Source: Octopus vulgaris
Taxonomy: Eukaryota
Direction of reading: 5' to 3'
NCBI GenBank assembly: GCA_951406725.2
Contig: OX597819.1
Location: 126,666,001-126,730,000, forward strand
Length of the DNA: 64,000 bases
Of the stretch, positions 42,742-58,650 are shown one piece after another; the first letter of the stretch is position 1; each line of letters begins with the position of its first letter. Both the position numbers and the translations under genes were made by a program. Below the pieces are notes generated by a model that saw only the letters and a list, made by a program, of their open reading frames with translations, did not search any database and was not told the origin of the DNA.

Positions 42742-43450
42742 TGATTTATCGTTTTCTTGAGTTCACAAAACAATGAATTCTTCAAAGAATTTATCCACTG
42801 CAAGAGGAGAGCATCAACAACAGCAACATACCAGAAACACACACACACACACACCGTAGTCCACTCTCAAACGCACTCAGTCCTTTACACACTCACACAC
42901 ACACACCAAGCTCACACGCACGCGCACTCGCGCATGCGCGTATTTTTTTCACATTCACAGTGTAATGTTTGAAAATGCAGTGCAATTATGGTACTTTCAC
43001 GAACGGAGCCAAGGCTACAGGTAGAGGATAGTTGCGGTAGTGGTGCCGGGGTGGGTGGGGTGGTGGGTGATGGTGGTAGTTGTTGTTGTTTGTGGTGGTC
43101 GTCGCCGTGGAGTAGATGAGAAACGAGGATGTATATAAAGTTGAACATTATACTATGGAAATGGCATTTTAGAAGAGAGGCACTCTGTGGATTAATTGTA
43201 TGTGCGAATGCAGACATGTGTGCATATGCGTATACGATGCGTCTTGTATGTCTGAGTGTTCTGTGTGTGTGTGTGTGTGTGTGATATCGAATCTGTGTTC
43301 TGTATAAGATGATAGAATTGATAGATGTTCTCACGTGGAAGCTTCCACCCACATACAAGTGTGTATGTGTGTGTGTGTGTGTAGGAGTGTGTACCGGCGC
43401 TTCCACATGAAAACATCTATCAATAATTCCATCATTTTATATAGAACGCA

Positions 43451-43454
<4 letters not shown>

Positions 43455-43522
<68 letters not shown>

Positions 43523-43678
43523 GTACATATATGTACATATATATATATGTACATATATGTACATATATATATATGTACATATATATATATATATGTACAT
43601 ATATATATATATATATATATATGTACATATATATATATATATGTACATATATATATATACATATATATATATATGTAC

Positions 43679-43710
<32 letters not shown>

Positions 43711-43732
43711 GTACATATATATATATATGTAC

Positions 43733-43768
<36 letters not shown>

Positions 43769-43902
43769 GTACATATATATATATATATGTACATATATAT
43801 ATATATACATATATATATATATGTATATATATATATATGTACATATATATATATATATGTACATATATATACATATATGTACATATATATACATATATAT
43901 AC

Positions 43903-43951
<49 letters not shown>

Positions 43952-44236
43952 TATGTATATATATACATACATATATATATATATACATATATATGTATAT
44001 ATACATACATATATATATGTATATATATATGTATATATATATATATATATATACACACACGAGTGTGTATATGTATATGTGTGTATCTCTCTATCTATCA
44101 TCATAGACATGTGCGTGTCGGAGAAAGAAACTCGTGTTTATGTTTATTACATGTACAGTATTTGTATGTATGTATGTATGTATGTATGTATGTATGTATG
44201 TATGTATGTATGTATGTATGTATGTGTGTGTGTGTG
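43455..44236. repeat. (CT)n, then a (TA)n array punctuated by GTAC, then (TATG)n
   Basis: Directly visible. Confidence 0.95.
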
Positions 44237-44714
44237 GCATTTATAGTCACAGTTATGTGTAAATGCATATACAGGCACACAGTACTCCCTCACACACATA
44301 CACACAGGAAATATTTATTGACGAACTGTAGAACCACCGACTATATATAACTCATTTGCGCTCACACGCACACTTACGTATAAATACACTCACTTACAAA
44401 GACTGCAGAGCTCGCGGATTGCAATGCTTTTTAATACAGCTTAGTGCCTACCACTGCACTGTAGTGCACTGGATGTCATGTAGTACTCGATCAGTTCAAG
44501 ACTTTCGACCTCTCTGGATAGATAAATCAAATACCAGTTGCTGTACTACTGGTGTGAATCAATCGATTCACTTCACCACACCCAGCGAACTTGGCGCAGT
44601 CAGAAATCAAACAGGCAACGCTCGATGTTTTAAAATAGGCAGTCAAAATTATCCCTCAATTAACGATTAATTAGTAAAAACAACATTTGATAACGTAGCC
44701 CTAGTAGATACATT

Positions 44715-44939
44715 ATTGCTTTATTCGATTATTTGTTTCGATCATTGGATTGCGGTCATGCTGGGGCACCGGCGTGAAGGCTTTAGTCAAACAAATCGGT
44801 CCTACTATTTGTACTGGTTTTAAAAGTTTAGTACTTTTCATATCATTGTTTTTGTTCTTTTCTGCTAAGCTACGGGAAGGGAAAGAAACCAGTGAATCAA
44901 CTGGTGTGAGGATAAACACAAAGGTGTGTGTGTGTGTGT

Positions 44940-44987
<48 letters not shown>

Positions 44988-45346
44988 GCGCGCGCACATA
45001 CACACGTACTCACACACACACACGCACATACACGCACACACAAACACACACAGATACAGGCATACACACGTACACACATACACACACGCACACACACAAA
45101 CACACACAGATACACACACATACACACGTACATACACACATAAACACACGCTCACACATACGCGCACATACACACACACATACACATATATATATATACA
45201 TGACGTCTACTCTCAAACAGTTATCACACCCGTTCACAAAGCATTGGTTTGTCCGGGTTATAGTAGAAATCACTCACCTAAGACGACGCGCTGTGGGACT
45301 GAACACGAAACCATGTGTTAGTGACGTGAAATTCTTAACCACACAC
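44715..45346 (-). mobile_element. Old SINE family A copy with internal microsatellite expanded to about 280 bp
   Basis: 3' module 44715-44922, CA-rich tract 44923-45200, head 45200-45346 (gtgggactgaacacgaaaccatgtg..ttcttaaccacac). Confidence 0.75.
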
Positions 45347-45491
45347 CAGGGATAAACGCAGTACAATCGCGTCTGGAATACTTTTGATCGTAGGGCAATT
45401 CAGGGATTAAACAATAACATGTTAGCTTTGAACCATTGAGTGATTCAATATATTGCTAGTTGACATGCAAGTAATAACAGCCAAAATACCT

Positions 45492-45720
45492 ATTTCTTTA
45501 CTACCCACAAGGGGCTAAACACAGACAGGACAAACAAGGACAGACAAACGGATTAAGTCGATTGCATCGACTCCAGTGCGTAACTGGTACTTAATTTACC
45601 AACCCCGAAAGGATGAAAAGCAAAGTCGACCTTGGTGGAATTTGAACTCAGAACGTAACGGTAGACGAAATACGGCTACGCATTTCGCCCGGCGTGCTAA
45701 CGTTTCAGCCAGCTCGCCGC
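45492..45720 (-). mobile_element. SINE family B, full-length, 12-bp TSD, inserted in a family D copy
   Basis: GCCAAAATACCT at 45480-45491 and 45719-45730; body matches 39453-39684. Confidence 0.92.
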
Positions 45721-46626
45721 CAAAATACCTTTCAAATTAAACCCCACTGTTAAAAAAATTCCCCTTAGATAATGCAGTTCTAAATAAATTGTTTGGAAAG
45801 ATGCGATGTGGGGGTTGGGGTTGAAATAGATATCAATAAGTGTTTTCTATGAGATGGGAGATGTGTGAGAAATATTGGCCATCTTCGTTGTAAAATAAGA
45901 CATTGCTATGAATAAGCAAATGGTTTCTTTCAGCGGGCGACATCTTGCTTATTTATCAACGGATCAACAAGTGATCAAACTATTTCAAAACTGCTATTCG
46001 TACTGCTCTTCGCCGTTCAATTCAACCATATGTGCGTGTATATACATCCATTCATCTCATACTCCCTCTCTCTATATATATTTGCTAGTGTGTCACAATA
46101 TTACAAATACGTAACACATGTACTATCATGTATACATATATGTTATATTATGTATATAAACTGGAGTGTTACCCATGTTATAAACAGATACATTGGGAAG
46201 TATACTCTTTCGGCCATGGATAAATGCAGAAAATACGGCATAAATATATTAATTTTAAACTTTTATCATACTTCTAGGTGCTTCTACATAATGATGAAAT
46301 GAAAAGTAGATATCAATCGAAAAATATTATCTTGAATCACGATTAAGCATATAATTTTCTCGTTTGTCTATTTACAATAAACATATGCTATTATTTTTTT
46401 AATATTTTATTTGCATAATCCATGGAAATCCTATCTCTGCAAAATTTCATAAAAATTGTGTATTTTTCAGAACATTTTATGCTAAGACCACCCCAATGTC
46501 TCTATTTTTTTTTCACACTTATCCCACCACTTTATGTAATGTATATCAACTAACCAACCAACAAACAAACATCGGTTCGCGCGTGACCGCACGTACACTC
46601 ATGCGTATATGACATGTATGCGCCTG

Positions 46627-46671
<45 letters not shown>

Positions 46672-46796
46672 TATATAATCTGTGTGTGTATATTTGATAT
46701 ATATATATATATATGTATATGTATGTATATGTATGTATATTATGCTTATATATAAATTGCTCCAGCATGGCTACAGTCAAATGATTGAACTTTCGG

Positions 46797-46943
46797 ATAG
46801 GTTAGCGTTAGGTAGGACATCCAGTCATAGAAAGCCATGCCAGATCAGACTGGAGTCTGGTGCAGCCTTCCAGCTTACCAGCCTTGGTCAAACCGTCCAA
46901 CCCATGCCAGCATGGACAACAGGCGTTAAGTGGTGGTGATAAT
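46797..46943 (+). mobile_element. SINE 3' module, probably Meta-domain type, with (GRT)n tail
   Basis: ggttagcgttaggtaggacatccagtcatagaaa resembles the GGTTG.CGT.AGGAAGGGCATCC.GC motif as I recall it for MetaSINEs; ends cccatgccagcatgga..cgttaagtggtggtgat. Confidence 0.6.
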
Positions 46944-47021
46944 GAAGTAAGAGAATAAAAGAATATATATACTTACTTCGAAATGGATGCGTGGCATTCT
47001 ATCAAATAATATATATATATA

Positions 47022-47207
47022 CTCTACTCTTTTCTTGGTTTCAGTCATTTGATTGCCCCCATGCTGGAGCACCGCCTTTAGTCGAACAAATCGGCACCAG
47101 AACTTATTCTTTGTAAGTCTGGTGCTTATTTTATCCGTTCCATTCACCGAACCGCTAAGTTACGGGGACGTAAACACACCAACATCGGTTGTAAAACGAT
47201 GTTGAGG

Positions 47208-47210
<3 letters not shown>
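47022..47210 (-). mobile_element. SINE family A, 3' half
   Basis: tttcagtcatttga..catgctggagcaccgcctttagtcgaacaaatcg..ccgaaccgctaagttacggggacgtaaacacacc. Confidence 0.9.
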
Positions 47211-47249
<39 letters not shown>

Positions 47250-47380
47250 TCCATCTTCTGTCTTTCATTTGTTATATATATATATATATGTATATATAAT
47301 CTACATTATGTAACCAATAATCAATTATGTCAATGTGTTAACGAAACATCCGTAAGATGGTATAACTAAATATATAAAGA

Positions 47381-47418
47381 ATAGCCTGGCCTTTTGGCTA
47401 AGATCAAAGTCTAGGATA
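47381..47418 (+). pseudogene. U2: U2 snRNA 5' fragment
   Basis: GGCCTTTTGGCTAAGATCAA (47388-47407) is a 20/20 match to the conserved U2 5' stem-loop I region, continuing imperfectly (AGTCTAGGAT vs GTGTAGTAT); the rest of U2 is absent. Confidence 0.7.
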
Positions 47419-47532
47419 TATAGGTAATCTTAGACGCAGACGTAGAGTCAATGAACATCACACAAACACACCGCGAGGAAAAAGCATCATAGACAAAGAA
47501 TGAGTGTATGTGAATGTATATGTGCGTGCGTG

Positions 47533-47563
<31 letters not shown>

Positions 47564-47607
47564 ATATATATATATGTGTGTGTGTGTATATATATATATA
47601 TATGAAA

Positions 47608-47922
47608 AGGCGAAGGCGTGGTTGCGTGGTAAGAGGCTTGCTTCCAAACCACATGTTTCCGGGCTCAGACTCACTGCGTGACACTCTGAGCAAGTGTTTT
47701 CTATTACAACCTTGGCCTGGCCAAACCCTTGTGAGTGGATTTTCTAGTGTATTCACGTCGTCATAAATTAGCGGTTCAGCAAAAGACACCGATAGAATAA
47801 GTTCCTGGCTTTAAAAAAATAGAAAAGAGATAAGCACTGGTCTTGATTAATTCGGCTAAAATATTCTTCCTGGCGTGTCCCAGCATGGCCGCAATCTAAT
47901 GACTGAAATAAGTAAAATATAG
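47608..47922 (+). mobile_element. Diverged SINE family A copy lacking the internal microsatellite segment
   Basis: ggcgtggttgcgtggtaaga..gagcaagtgttttcta..cttgtgagtggattt joined to attagcggttcagcaaaagacaccgatagaataag..cagcatggccgcaatctaatgactgaaa. Confidence 0.85.
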
Positions 47923-47927
47923 AAGAT

Positions 47928-47987
<60 letters not shown>

Positions 47988-48277
47988 TGAGGGAGGATGA
48001 ATGTACTTCAGTGATTTAAAATCAACACGTGGCCAAATGTTTTTTTTTTAAACTTTGTTTCTTATTTTTCTGAATATTTTTATAATTAACTTCATTTTAA
48101 GTTAATGAATATTTTTCTCCCGAAAATTATTTTTTTGTATAGTTACGTATAAGTACCCAAAAAGTTATTAAAAGCTAATTGCATAATTATTGAATAGAAG
48201 TGTCATATTTCCTGATATTAACTCTGGTTGCAAAGGTACACTTGCAAAGTTACCGGTGATATGACAGGTAACAGTGT

Positions 48278-48326
<49 letters not shown>

Positions 48327-48327
48327 G

Positions 48328-48358
<31 letters not shown>

Positions 48359-49217
48359 CCTCTTTATCTTAGCCCACTGACGTGCATGATCTATACTATT
48401 CTTTCCAGCTTGTTTCATATAATAAGCTCCTCCAATGAGGGAGTTCTCATTCATTCATTAGTCTGATAATCTCAGTTAAAGAGTTTTTGCTGTTTTCCCA
48501 CCCTCCTATATCACATATGCGTGACTCCATCCTTTGAGCATTTTGTATTTACTATGATAGAACATCTGCTCTCCTTGAGGTCATATGGTTTTAAAAACTT
48601 ATCTGTCAAATTGACTTTAAGGAGGGCTTTGATAGACTTCACTCAGTACTTCAGTGACACTGCTATTTCTACATATATATATATATATTATCAATTAGTC
48701 AATTTAGGGTAGCAAAAAAATTCAATAGAAATTTATCGCTACCAACGGCCTAGTGGAAAAGAGAAAATAGTTAATTAAATTAAATTAAGCTAATCTACCA
48801 TAGGTTACACTTCATCAGTAAAAAACCTGGGAGAGACAAATATACACGAGGCGTCTGTATATATATATAGATCAGTGTTATAGCATACTTAGTGTTGTGA
48901 TCCAAGAAATTTTACTTTATTGTTCACTACTACTACTATATTATTTCACTAAGTGCCAGTTGCAAATAATAAAATGTAAAACAAAAATAAAGAAAAAGAA
49001 AGACAAAAAAAGAAAGGAAAAATAGCCAAAAAGCAAATACTTTAGTATCACTTTCCGCTATAAATCATACATGTTCGCCTGGTTGCACACTTTCACGCAA
49101 TGGCTTGCACATCTGCACCTGATTGTCGATGTTTCCTTCTGCTTTGCTGTGTGAACCTTGTAACACGAAATCAGAGTGACAGGAGGGGGAGGAAGAGTGG
49201 TCGAAATATAATGAAAG

Positions 49218-49251
<34 letters not shown>

Positions 49252-49537
49252 GAAGGGTGATAAGAAAATTAAAAGAATATTAGCAATGGCGGAGGAGGAG
49301 GAGGTTGTCGGTGATAGGGGGAGGGGATATTATTTTTAGAACACGTAGTGAACCTTAAGCAAGTAAAGTGAATCCAGTGACACGTGACCGTCTCACAGTC
49401 GGGTGGGTTACACATGTGCAATGTTTACACACACACACACGCATGCGCGCGCACACGTCTGTGTGTGAATATGTATGTGCTTGCATAAGAATGACGTGAT
49501 TAAGAAGTTAAGATACAGAAAAACATATTTAATCTCC

Positions 49538-49602
<65 letters not shown>

Positions 49603-49855
49603 AAAATTATAAATTAGGATTAGGGCATTCCATGTTGCTATATGAAAACTTAAGGTGGTTTTAGAGCCGGTTCGTGGCTGCTGTTTTTAGCATGGTGGTA
49701 TCTCGTAGATACCCTAACTTATAATTTTAATAATTATTACCTTTGAAGGTTATTTTTTCCATGCTGACCACTTGATAAGTTCGTTATTTTATTTTAAATT
49801 AACGATCTTATCCATATTTACATATATTTACATATATACACATAAATGTATATAA

Positions 49856-49903
<48 letters not shown>

Positions 49904-50587
49904 TGTATGTGTGTGTGATATAAATTTCTTCTTTATTAGTTCCAGCCATATGATAAATCGCATGTTTCAAGGGTTTTCGTCAACTAATCCCAGAATTTCA
50001 TCTACCGGTTCTTGAACGGCCGTCTACCTACTGGGAAACGTCCATTCACGGAATTACCTCCCTTTGTAGTTTATGCTGTGAAATATCTGCACCGTTTACA
50101 CCTGTATGCACAAACATACCCATACACACACACACACACACACGTGTATACGAAACTACATAACCACGTGTATATTTAAAGCGATACCGCTTACAAAAAG
50201 TAAACTTTGTTTATATAAAATATTTTTCATTGATAGATAATAGTAATTTTTTTTTTTTGATAAGCATAGCTTTGGATACAAAGAGGAATAAACTATTTAA
50301 TGGAAAGACAATACTACTTGTAAATGTTCATTGATATAACAAAGAAATGAATATTAATTTATTTCCATATTGACATAGAAATTCAAGTGTGTTCGCTTAT
50401 CTTTTCATATTTCGTCTTTCCAAGTGCACTCGGAGAAACAAAGCCGCGGTATGCTTATTTCTGTGCGTGTGTGTGTGTGTTTGTATGAAAGTGCATATAT
50501 AATTTACGATATATATTTGTTGTATGTGCTTGTAGTAATAGCAAGAGCAGAATGGTAGTAAAGACGCAAATACACACGCACACACAC

Positions 50588-50652
<65 letters not shown>

Positions 50653-50682
50653 CATACATATATATATATATACATACACACA

Positions 50683-50739
<57 letters not shown>

Positions 50740-52554
50740 GTACGTGTGTTTGTGTGTACAGAAAGAAAGGTGTGTTTACATCAGTACACGGGAATATAGA
50801 AGCAAAAATAAAAACAAAAATTATGTATATTAAAATGGGTGAGCGGGAGGAGGAAGAAAATATATTTCTATGTAAATACATAAAAAGAAAAGAAAAAAAA
50901 ATTATCTAAACAAGAAATAGAAAGACTTACATGAGAGACGGAGGGAGAAGTGGGGGTGGGGGGTGGGGTGGACAAGGAATTACAGAAACAAGGAAGAATT
51001 TCATATGGAAATGGAATGGAAGTACATGTATTCATGTTTATAGCTTGACATGTCTAATAAATATCTAGGGGATATATAGCACTTTATAACTACAGAATGT
51101 TGTAGAGGGAATAGAAACCCGAAGAAGGGGAAAAATCGTGTAAGAATAATAAAAATACACAAGTATAAGTACACATACATACTATGTATACATATACATG
51201 CATCTATCTATCTATATATATATACATACTTACACACACACACACACACACTTACACGCATACACTCACACACAGAGCAAAAATGTAAAGTTGCGCTTTT
51301 GTAGACAGTAAGTATTGTTGTTGCTGTTCTCACTATCCTTTCATACATGTTTTATTACGAGCAGTAATCCATTGGCAAACCTTTCGCCTTCGTCAGTCAG
51401 TAGTAACTAAGTTAGGCATATCCTTATCCTCCTCCTCCCCACCCGTTCTGTGTTTTGTAAATTTGTATTTGCGTATATATGTACATATCTAAGTGAATGT
51501 GACTGTATATGTATTCGTAAACCAGAGTGATTGTTGCGCTTTGCAACTGTTTTAGTAAGCAAGTGCACTTATGTGATGTTTGTGTATGTGTGTTCGGTCT
51601 AATTTTTTTCTTTGTTGCTGTTCTTGAATTTATAGGTTTGATATGTTTGCAGTGTCTATATCCGCGTTTGTATATGGATTATATTCATGTGTATATGCAT
51701 CTCTGTATCTATGCGTTGATGTGTTTCAGGTGATTTCAAATTCTATGTATGGAAATGACTCTTTCTCGCTCTCTCCCGCGCGTGTATTTTTACATTACAA
51801 TGTTTGTGGTGCTTCCCAGCTCTGCCATGTAGGTGGTGATTGACATTGTCTAAGTATAAAATACATATATGTCTTAGTGTGTATGTGTGTCTGACTGTGC
51901 TTCGGTGCTTGAAACTACAAGCATGATAGGGTCCTCTTACGCGTTTATGTATGCAATAGCCTATGCTTTCAAGGATGACTGTATGCGACTAGTTGCAACA
52001 GTGAAATATCATAGTACTAACTAATATACCGATATATAAAGATAATTAGTTCATCTGTTTATAGATTAGCAGTATCTATAAACAGATTAGAAGTGTTGTG
52101 ACGTTCATGCCTTTCTCAAAAGCTTTTTGTGGACGTAACAGTGACCTTAAGTCAGATTGCCAATCAAATACATGTCATACATTTGATTTATCAAGAATTT
52201 ATTGTATACGATACTCACTGCCTACTCTGAAACTCACTCTTAAGCACATAAACTCAGTCAAACGATCAAGGGGTTCACTCTATCAGGCTTCAAACCTCTG
52301 CATATTATCTACTTTTGTCTTATGTGGAAGTATGTCCAAGGGATTGTTGCCGTAATTGAAAGGGCCACTCTCTGTTAAGTTCGCAGTTTGCCTGAGGAGG
52401 ACCTTTAGAATACAAATGTTCGTGAAATACTTGGTCACTTGTACTCACAAACAACGTAGTAGGCAGAACAGATGATCAAACGACGCCAATCAATGTATGT
52501 ATATGGATATGTATATACATATATGTATGTGCTTGCATATAATATGATTGCATG

Positions 52555-53920
<1,366 letters not shown>

Positions 53921-54789
53921 AATGAATGAATATACACGCATACATATGTATGTATATATAAGAAGCCAAATGATTACAACACATAAAAATGTACATATAT
54001 GCCCATAAATATGTCTCTTGCTGGTGTAATATAACCAGTACAGAATTCTATATGAATCAGAATTATGTGACAGGATCTGTGTTTAATAAGATTTGCACAT
54101 ATAGCTGTGTAAACCAAACCGCACAGACATACACACTGACACACACACTGACACACACATACACACATCTGCATGTATCTATACACACATGTATATATAT
54201 AATTTCGTTTGTCTTTTAACCCTAAATGTTAAATGAATGCAGGCAAAAATACCAATAGATTTTCACTGATATTTTTTGATTATATATATGGCTTCCTTCC
54301 AAGGTTTTCTCGAAGAGGTTCTTGTATTTGTTTTGTCATAAATCATATGATTCGAATACACACACACACACACACAATCATAATGCACGCACATATATAT
54401 TAATATATTTCGCACATATATCCACGAACAGATATGTACTTACATGTTTGTGTAAATATATCGGTATGTATGCACTGAAAACTTGAGACACATGTGATTC
54501 TCAGCTTTCATTCCCAGCTATATCTCAGCCCATTCATTTCACAGAGGTTTCAAAGATCTTGGGAAAGTCTTCATCTTCTTCACATCTCTCTTGTATTTCT
54601 CTTGAGAGCCATAAAAGCAATTAACCGACGTCTATGTAACTGATTACAAAGATTCATGAGAAAGAATAATCATATAATGCCCGAATTATTATACCTGTAT
54701 GCATGTGTGCGTTTAAAAAAAATTATTTAGCAATTAAACACACTAGCACACACATATATATATATATAAATATATATATCGTGAAATAT

Positions 54790-55560
54790 ATTTGCCACTT
54801 AAATGTGGGTAACCCTTAAGGGTTGATACTACTGTAGCCTGTAGCCCCAGGAAGACATCTCCAACAGGCTATTGACACACTTTCTGTGCCCTATCAATAT
54901 TTGCAAAGGGAAGTCATCGTTCCCATCTCCAGCCTGATGTGATACACACGGACCCGAGTTTCTGGGTGTTAAAACTCCGGAAGGACACCGTCACCTAATA
55001 CCCATGCGGAGTTTACTCAGGCATCATTATTTTGTGCAAAAAAAACAAACAAAAACAACTCAAGGACAGATACTTTCTGACTACACCTCATACAGTCAAC
55101 TAGGCAACGGATAGCTGCCTCGCAGGCGATTGCACAACCTGCAATTTTAGGTCAAATAAATCTTGCACAGCTCCTCACAGACCCTCTCCAACCGATTAAC
55201 ATAATCCAGAGACTAGTCGGGACAAAATATCCAGTGCCTATATGGACCGCATGCTCAGGAATGTGGAAGCGCCATGATCTCAAGTGCGAATAAAAGATCC
55301 CCAAAGTATTCAATGCCCATTTTTTGCATATCTGATTTTATAACAACTTGACCTCCCAGAGGCATGATTAAGAAATCTAAAGGGTTCCACAATCCTAGTG
55401 GTCTTCTAGCACACCAGTGACCAACCTACAATTTATGAGGGCCCGCGCTATTGCTAGAAAGTCGTTGAACCTACACTAGTTGAACGTACACAGCCAACCA
55501 TACAAGTTGTGCTGGATTTTGTTTACCACTAGCACTCAATAAGAAATACCAGAGGTGACC
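54790..55560. mobile_element. Unclassified normal-complexity segment, probably a decayed retroelement
   Basis: Higher GC than flanks, begins next to a TA tract, no ORF of 60 aa or more in the track, no motif I can name with confidence. Confidence 0.3.
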
Positions 55561-55581
55561 TCACGCACGCGCACATGTACG

Positions 55582-55969
55582 TACTTTTACTTGTTTCAGT
55601 CATTTGCTCCGTCGATGCTGGAGCAACGCCTTGAAGGGTGTTAGTCGAAGACATCGACCTCATGATTTATTCTTTGTAAGCCCAGTACTTAAGCTATCGA
55701 TCACTTTTGCTGAACTGTTAGATTTCAGGGACATAAACACACCAGCATCGGTGGTGAAGTGATGGCGGGGGTACAAACAGTTACACACACACACACACAC
55801 AAATTTATATACGACGGGCTTCTTCCAGCTTTCGTTGACCAAATCCACTCACAAGGCTTTGGTCTACCCGAGGCTATAGTAGCAGACACTTGCCCAAGGT
55901 GCCACACAGTGGGACTGAACCCGGAACCATGTGGCTGGGAAGCAAGCTTCTTACTTCACAGTCACGCCT
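55582..55969 (-). mobile_element. SINE family A, full-length
   Basis: Tail, 3' module, internal (CA)n and head are all present. Confidence 0.92.
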
Positions 55970-55985
55970 AATATACATACATATA

Positions 55986-56121
<136 letters not shown>

Positions 56122-56586
56122 TCACACACATATGTGAAACAGTGTTGCAACTAACATACTCATTTAGAACCGAAAGCGACCCTCTATTCAATCAAACAAA
56201 AAGAAATAATCTAACATCAAGTGGGACACTATCATCTAAGCAGAATTCTCAGTATTAAAACATCATGTAATCTATGTCTTGAAGGCGCTTATGAAATATC
56301 ATTGAGAGAAAATAACTTCTGAAAACTCATTCACCATGATTTTCAAACAATCTTTTCGCGTTAACATCAAATATATATATATAGATATATATGCATGAAT
56401 ATATTCATATATACATATATGTATATGTAGAATAATATATATATGCATAGAGATATATATGAATATATATATACGTGAATATATATATATATATATATAT
56501 ATATTAAATATATATCTGCATATATATCTATTTATATATATGCATAGCTATATTTATATATGTATACATATGTGTGTATATATATA

Positions 56587-56634
<48 letters not shown>

Positions 56635-56759
56635 CATATATATATGCATATATATATGCGTATATATATATATATATATATATACACAAGAATAAAAGTA
56701 TGTGTGTGTATATATATAAATATATGATAATAAAAAACATATATATATATATAATCATA

Positions 56760-56962
56760 TATCACAAAAAACAAGAAGAAGACAGGTGTGTAAACAACAA
56801 ACAGGGTGTATTAGTTTAACGCGCGGGAAGGTGAGAAAGTTTTTTATGTTTCGAGCCTACGCCCTTCAACAGAAAGGAACACGAGAAAATAAACAGATAA
56901 TAAAAAGTGGGAGAGAATAGAAAAAGAGATCTTTAATAGCCAGCGGTCAATCATGGCGATGA
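56760..56962 (-). mobile_element. Penelope-like terminal-repeat fragment with variant hammerhead-like motif (56841-56875)
   Basis: Minus strand TTT-CTGTTGA-A-GGGC(GTAG)GCTC-GAAA-CATA-AAA; the layout parallels 35699-35899. Confidence 0.5.
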
Positions 56963-56987
56963 TACATACATACATACATACATACAT

Positions 56988-57047
<60 letters not shown>

Positions 57048-58289
57048 GTATGTATATCTATTATATATATGTTATATAATATATATCTGTATGTCTCTAT
57101 ATATATCTATTATATATATATCTATTTACTATATAGCTATATATCTACATCTATGTATGTATGTATGTATGTATCTATCTATCTCTATATATACACACAC
57201 ATATAGATATTTATTTCTTATATATATATACACCTATGTATTGACCATTTTCTTCACGTTCAACTGCTCCTATATAAATTTTACGTAATTCATACTTTGT
57301 TATACAGATTATTTCGCAGTTCAACTCCAATATACTACTTCTCGCTTTGAGACACATTTTAAAATTTAAACACTGATATACAAAAACTCATGATGCCAAC
57401 CATTCATTCGTAAACTGAAATGATTTGAGACAGCAAGAACATGAACCGGTTGTACGTTTCTATAAGACCATACAACATAAATTCTGGATTCCTATTTCTA
57501 GAGATTGTTTTACAATCAACAAATGAAAACTGCCCCATATGACAAGAGGAGATAATCTCCAGAATGAAGGATTTTCCAAAGTTAATCTGCTTAATGTTCA
57601 AACATAAGAGCAGTTTTTACACGTTTTTCTACCTCTGTAGGCCATCAATAAGACAATTGTCCCAACTTATTTCCAGTAACCAAGCGACATAGGCATATAT
57701 ACAAAAAGCAAGGAATACTTTTTGGGGACTTAGTAATGTGCATCAATTAAACAGAAATTAGCAAAGGAAGATAACTCAAAGTGGCCAGAGCCCCATAGAC
57801 AAATACATAGATGTCAAATACTATACAGTATATATACTTGGTCTTTGTGTACATGTGCTTATGTTTGTGCGCGCATTCACGTACACACACAAACACACAT
57901 TATGTGTGTGTCTGTAAGAAATAGAGTTGCTGCAATATAGCATTCTTATTATAGATTTGGAGAGACTTATATGCGTCAGGTATTTGACAAAATCTGCAAT
58001 AAGATTCATATTGCTGTCAAAGCAGTATCAATCTTATTGCACCGAGTAGAGAAAACAAATTATGAAATGAAGTGAATCATAGTCGAGTTCTTTTTTTTGT
58101 TTTTTTTGTTTTGGTTTTTGGTTTTCTTTTTCATGGTGGTCGTGTCAAAAGGAAATTCAATAATATTGAGACTTCCGGTATTGTAGTCCTGAAAACAGAA
58201 ATTTTCTCTCGTCATGTACGTGCTGTTTCTCATATATTTCCCCATCACCATTGAGGGTTTAGGTTGGCTGACAGACTCTATGGATGAAT

Positions 58290-58650
58290 ACTCGTCGTTG
58301 TTTTGTCCGTGATCGGCTCTGAACGAGCAAACTTAGAAGCAATGACGTTATAACTATGGCCGTCCTGTTTTATACTGCCAATCTACAACAATCAGTGTAT
58401 CATTTATTTCATAGAGTGTGATGTGATGGAGGTTTGTAATTTCTAGCAGAATGACCGCATAGGCGATCCTTTGTTAACTCTTGTCATACGTTGTTGTTCA
58501 GTTTCAAGCTAACCTATAATCAAATGCATTCCAGTCGTGACCTTCACGTCTGTTTCCTAGAGAACCTACGATCAGATTATTTCGGGAGTTCCTTTTTTAA
58601 GTCTATAGGGAATGAGAGGAGGGAGGTTTAGTTGTTATTTTTAGCGGCTC
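58290..58650 (-). mobile_element. Two diverged repeat family D copies
   Basis: atcaaatgcattccagtcgtgacc..; gtgtgatgtgatggagg..tttctagc; tttagttgttatttttagc. Confidence 0.55.

Noticed and set aside
47381-47418. Functional U2 snRNA gene
   Set aside because: Only about 30 nt match; no Sm site or 3' stem-loops.
50943-50970. G-quadruplex motif
   Set aside because: Four G-tracts are present, but nothing in the context points to function.
57404-57601. Mariner C-terminal remnant (RNPEF...GL..R)
   Set aside because: Resemblance is too weak to call without an alignment.
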